Assembly: GCA_002269645.1 (NCBI GenBank) | Contig: NIVC01002587.1 | Coordinates: 61,723-125,722, forward strand | Length of the DNA stretch: 64,000 nucleotides | Direction of reading: 5' to 3' | Origin: Macrostomum lignano | Taxonomy: Eukaryota | In this document: positions 62,201 to 64,000 of the stretch, piece after piece | Layout: every line of letters starts with the position of its first letter | Position numbering within the stretch: the stretch's first letter is position 1 | Position numbers and translations under genes: made by a program | Notes under the pieces: generated by a model | The model's database searches: none | The model's input: the letters and a program-made list of their open reading frames with translations, nothing else | What the model was told of the DNA's origin: nothing

Positions 62201-64000
62201 GGAGGTGATGATGCCTTGCAAAAAGCAGCCATACCGGCCGAGAGGCCATTGTCGTGCAGAGGGACAGTTGAAGTGGACAATCAGATAAGATGATAGCGCT
62301 AAGTCTAAAAATTTTGACAAAAATTCTAAACTGGACAACTGTACCAGCTCTTACAAGTATCAATTGAAAACTTCTGCCTGTGGTGTTGCTGCATGGAAAT
62401 ACGCTCGAGATACCATTTTGGCTTGCCATTGTGTCTGGGTAAAAGGTCTACGCTCGTATGCAATGCAAGACAACAAAATGTTATAAAATGCTAGCAAATT
62501 TACTCACAAACAGAGCTGCAAGCATACGAGCTATTTTCAGTTAGCAGCAAATGGCATGCGTTCCACTCTAAAAGCTTCTCTCTATTGTTTTGTCAATCGA
62601 AATATCGACAATAAATTTAGCTGCTCAACTGAGAATTGACTGGCATACTCAACAGGTATACATTTTTCGCAAATCCATTGTTCAATGACGAGAAAGATGC
62701 TGCAGTTGCTCTAATGCTGTTCGGATTCTCTTCGGCTGTATAAGGTCTTCGTGCCTCTGCTTCGTGTTGTCAGCCTTTGGGTGCTGCACTTCGTTATTTT
62801 TGATACTGTAATGCGTAAAAAGTAAGGAAAAGTACATTGCAACTTCCACTGGTCTATCCAGGGTCAAGGGGTCGACTGACCCTCCAATAAAATTAGGGGT
62901 AATGAACCCTCTTTTCGTTTGCTCTCTCGTTGTTATATAGTTAAAAGTATCTCAAGCTCGGAGCTTTAACTGAAGGATCCAGGGGCCTCGGAAACAAGCC
63001 TTCCAGACTCACTCCAAAATTAAGCCATTTCCGTAGACTTCGGGGTCTCCCCGCTCTCGGACCGCTTTTCAGTATAGTAACCCAAACATTTTCCAATTCT
63101 TTTTTCGCGCACTCCCGGGACTTGTTCGCTGGGTGGTGGCTTGGGTGGACTCGGTCTTAGCATCGTCTCTGATTCCACAAGTTGGGTTGGCGGTGTCTTA
63201 GTCCATAAGGCTTGGGGTTGGCGGATTCCTCTGGCCCAGACGTCAGGGTCCAACCTCGGGGTATCTCGGCTATATGCCTCTGGTTGTGCACCTCAGCGGC
63301 AGAGCTGATCCGCGGGTAGCTCCCGCTTCCCACCCGGCCGTTTAACAACAACAACTGAAGGATCCAGGGGGGGGGGTCAAGATCAGGGGTCAGCTGACAC
63401 CCGAGAAAAAATTCTGGATCAGCCACTGCAAACCTTATCTTGCATTGTTAGTTAAACTTCAATTGCACGAAAATGGTTTGAAATATTGCAGAAAGCCTGT
63501 AACATGTACTTATACTCAGCAACATTGAAAACCGAAATCCCAGAGCATTTGCAGAGCGATTGACTTCAGCTTACTACCACTGCAAAAAGACACAAGATTT
63601 TCCAAATCTCGCTCACTGGGTCTAGTAGGGCTGGCTCGTTTTTAATGCTGCTGTCTACTGCATACTTTACACCTGTCACTCAAGCCTGAAGATCTGCTTT
63701 TTCAGATCTGCTTTTTATCCTTCATATAACGCAACAATAATGATAAACAAATTGGAAGGCTTCAATCGCACCAGATATGGAAATATGAAGCCAATTTTAT
63801 AATGAGATGTGTTATCGATACTTGTGCGTGTACCTAATTAATTTTCCATGTAAGGTCTTGAAGGTTTACCAAGCGAAAACAAAAGCCATTTCATTATTGT
63901 GCTGTGAAGAGGAAACAAGTGAAAATTCGGTGTTTTATTAAGCAGACTGTATCCTAGTAGTACTCGGAGTATATGTGCGTGTAGGTTGTCGGAATTAATT

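Noticed and set aside
62860-63430. Short GGATCCAG-containing inverted and direct repeats and a 77-aa Pro-rich minus ORF
   Set aside because: Probably small MITE debris; boundaries and coding potential could not be supported.

Overview
Eukaryotic, intron-containing invertebrate DNA. GC-rich codons, many 74-122 nt introns, dense minisatellites and the innexin/dynein types suggest a free-living flatworm such as Macrostomum lignano; this is an inference, not verified. Four protein-coding genes were assembled by hand from splice sites and reading-frame phase. (1) A 3-exon innexin (+, 3515-12409, 422 aa). (2) A 3-exon secreted protein of unknown function with two tandem, exon-bounded ~185-aa domains (+, 18181-20141, 598 aa). 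(3) A 19-exon axonemal outer-arm beta-type dynein heavy chain (+, 21306-45268, ~4537 aa) with one apparent 1-nt frameshift at 40211-40214. (4) A hidden 3-exon gene on the minus strand (52485-56087, 95 aa) encoding signal peptide + acidic propeptide + KR + a 56-aa six-cysteine peptide with an EGF-type C-terminal loop. The ORF track misses gene 4 as a gene because its first coding exon is 5 nt and its last exon is fused to a (TAGA)n pseudo-ORF; it is the most interesting object found. The rest is tandem repeats of many unit lengths (4-55 bp, several with higher-order structure), two copies of a tRNA-derived SINE, a 1.3-kb TTAA-flanked foldback element, a Tc1 remnant and two decayed non-LTR retrotransposon fragments. 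Nearly all long ORFs outside the four genes are repeat artefacts. No CRISPR array, rRNA or intact tRNA is supported.
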